Shown: one piece after another, positions 62,385 through 64,000 of the stretch | How positions within the stretch are numbered: position 1 is the first letter of the stretch | Layout: each line of letters opens with the position of its first letter | Source: Felis catus | Taxonomy: Eukaryota | Length of the DNA stretch: 64,000 nucleotides | Assembly (NCBI RefSeq): GCF_018350175.1 | Contig: NC_058373.1 | Location: 117,306,001-117,370,000, forward strand | Direction of reading: 5' to 3' | The notes under the pieces: generated by a model | Databases searched by the model: none | What the model was told of the DNA's origin: nothing | Seen by the model: only the letters and a program-made list of their open reading frames with translations | Position numbers and translations under genes: made by a program

Positions 62385-63600
62385 CTTTCCAATTTTATTG
62401 GGATAATTTTCAAACAAATAGAAAGTCCAGAGGAATTGTACAGGGAATACCCATGTACTTGCCATATTTTACAACTAACATTTTGCTATAATTACTTTAT
62501 CACTGTTAATAGACCTATGCCTCTCTCCATGTTATTTTTGATGCTTTTAAAAATAGGTTGCAGGGTCATAGGATAGTTCTATTTTTAATTTTTTGAGGAA
62601 CCTCCACACTGTTTTCCAGAGTGGCCGCACCAGTTTGCATTCCCACCAACAATGCAAGAGAGGAGGGTATTATGCTAAGTGAAATAAATCAGTCAGAGAA
62701 AGACAGATACCATATGTTTTCACTCATATGAGGATCTTGAGAAACTTAACAGAAGACCAGTGGGGAGGGGAAGGGGGAAAAAATTACAATCAGAGAGGGA
62801 GGGAGGGAGGCAGACCATAGGAGACTCTCAGATACAGAGGACAAAGTGAGGCTTGATGGATGGGGGGAGTGGCAAGTGGGTGATGGGCATTGAGGAGGCC
62901 CCTTGTTGGGATGAGCACTGGGTGTTGTATGGAAACCAATCTGACAATAAATTATATTTAAAAAAAAAGTAAGTTGCAGAAACCAATACACTTTACCAGT
63001 AAATACTTCGTGTGCATATTATCAACTAGAATTCAATACTGTTTTAGAACAATAAGGGTTTTTTAAGATAAAATTTATAAAATTTGAAATTTAAAACTAA
63101 ATTTAATGCAATTTAAATTTCAAATTTTATAAATTTTATTTTGTACATTTATAAAATGTATTTGGTGACGTACACAAAATTAAAGTTTTCCATTCAGTGA
63201 GTTTGACAAGTGCATATACCTATATAATGGCAATTGCACATAGGTAACCACTGGTTGGGTTTTTCTCATGGGTTCGGTTAGCCTCTTCTAGAACTTCATA
63301 CACTTCTAGAATCCTGTAGTATACTGTTTGGGCTAAATAGATATAGTATATACTATTTTGCATAAGCTTTTCATTCAGCATATTGTTAAGATTCATCCTT
63401 TTGTCCCCCCAATACATCCGTAATCATTGTCTTTTTGAGTACTGACTAGCATTCCTTTGCATCGATATAGCACTATTTGTTTAGCCATTTCCCTGTTGAT
63501 GGTCCCCTAGGCTGTTTCCAGTCTTGGAGGCTATTATGAATAAAGCTGCTGTGAACATCCTTATACAAGTCATCTTGTCGGTATACACTTTTTATTTACT
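62385..63600 (-). mobile_element. Old L1M fragments interrupted by a younger L1 and an AT palindrome
   Basis: tttcattcagcatattgttaagattcatcc...ttagccatttccctgttgatgg...ctattatgaataaagctgctgtgaacatcc. Confidence 0.75.
62564..62964 (+). mobile_element. Carnivore L1 with 5' inversion (antisense 62564-62660, sense 62661-62964)
   Basis: Antisense L1 ORF2-end piece ggtcataggatagttctatttttaattttttgaggaacctccacactg joined to the sense 3' end ggagggtattatgctaagtgaaata...aataaa-polyA; TSD aaaa(a/g)ta(g/a)gttgcag. Confidence 0.9.
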
Positions 63601-63689
63601 TTTGAAGTCCTTGGCCTATGTAGCCTGGTGCAGGGTCTATACATAGTAGATAGTTAATTAATATTTATTTACCTGGCACAAAACCTACA

Positions 63690-63890
63690 TGATGTATTGG
63701 GTTTTGCAGCATAGCAGACATTTTCTTCCTCATCTGTCCTCATCTGATCTTCACAACTACCTGCTAAAGAGACAAAGGAGATCCACAAAAGGAAGCTGAG
63801 AAGTTAAGTCACTTGCCAACTGTCATAGTAACTTAGAACCAAGATTTTCTGACTCCTAATACAGTGCTCTTTTGACTACTATCACAGTAC
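63690..63890 (-). mobile_element. MIR
   Basis: catctgatcttcacaactacc...gagaagttaagtcacttgcc...gaaccaagattttctgactcc. Confidence 0.7.
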
Positions 63891-64000
63891 CAAACTGAAG
63901 GTATTCCTTCTTCACATCCTACCCTTCCTTCTCTGAAGCATTTGTCCCACACCATGGTTATGGCCTTTCATAGTTTCTGGTTTATACTCTGGCAAAGCAG

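Noticed and set aside
33630..62680. Two L1 copies breaking near the same position (atgctaagtgaaata)
   Set aside because: Two events are too few to infer a truncation hotspot.
1..64000. CRISPR arrays, operons, tRNA or rRNA genes, full CpG-island promoter
   Set aside because: None seen. The tRNA-like A/B boxes all belong to SINE heads, and there are no regularly spaced repeat-spacer arrays.

Overview
This is AT-rich mammalian genomic DNA from a felid or close feliform carnivore. The evidence is 11 Can-SINEs, the youngest of the feline SINEC_Fc type, and carnivore L1 3' ends. I recognise no protein-coding gene: the ORF track (all ORFs under 160 aa) is explained by SINEs, L1/L2, LTRs, microsatellites or chance. 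The window reads as intergenic or deep-intronic sequence built from layered mobile elements (MIR, L2, L1M, MaLR/ERVL/ERV1 LTRs, hAT and Tigger MITEs, recent L1 and SINEs). A few repeat-poor islands carry regulatory-looking motifs: a CTCF core plus upstream motif at about 12.98 kb, YY1 and CArG motifs at 14.5-15.5 kb, and a CpG-enriched E-box patch at about 44.1 kb. The best-supported oddities are a 26-nt 3'-truncated U6 snRNA retrocopy with an 18-bp TSD, a twin-primed (5'-inverted) L1, a SINE+L1 composite, a perfect 28-bp AT-rich inverted repeat, an intact TA-flanked Tigger-like MITE, an ERVL LTR-gag remnant, and scattered plus-strand splice signals that might belong to a lncRNA. I found no evidence for a novel multi-gene biological system. 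Repeat family names are from my recall of consensus sequences and need RepeatMasker/Dfam confirmation. Boundaries of old repeats are approximate.
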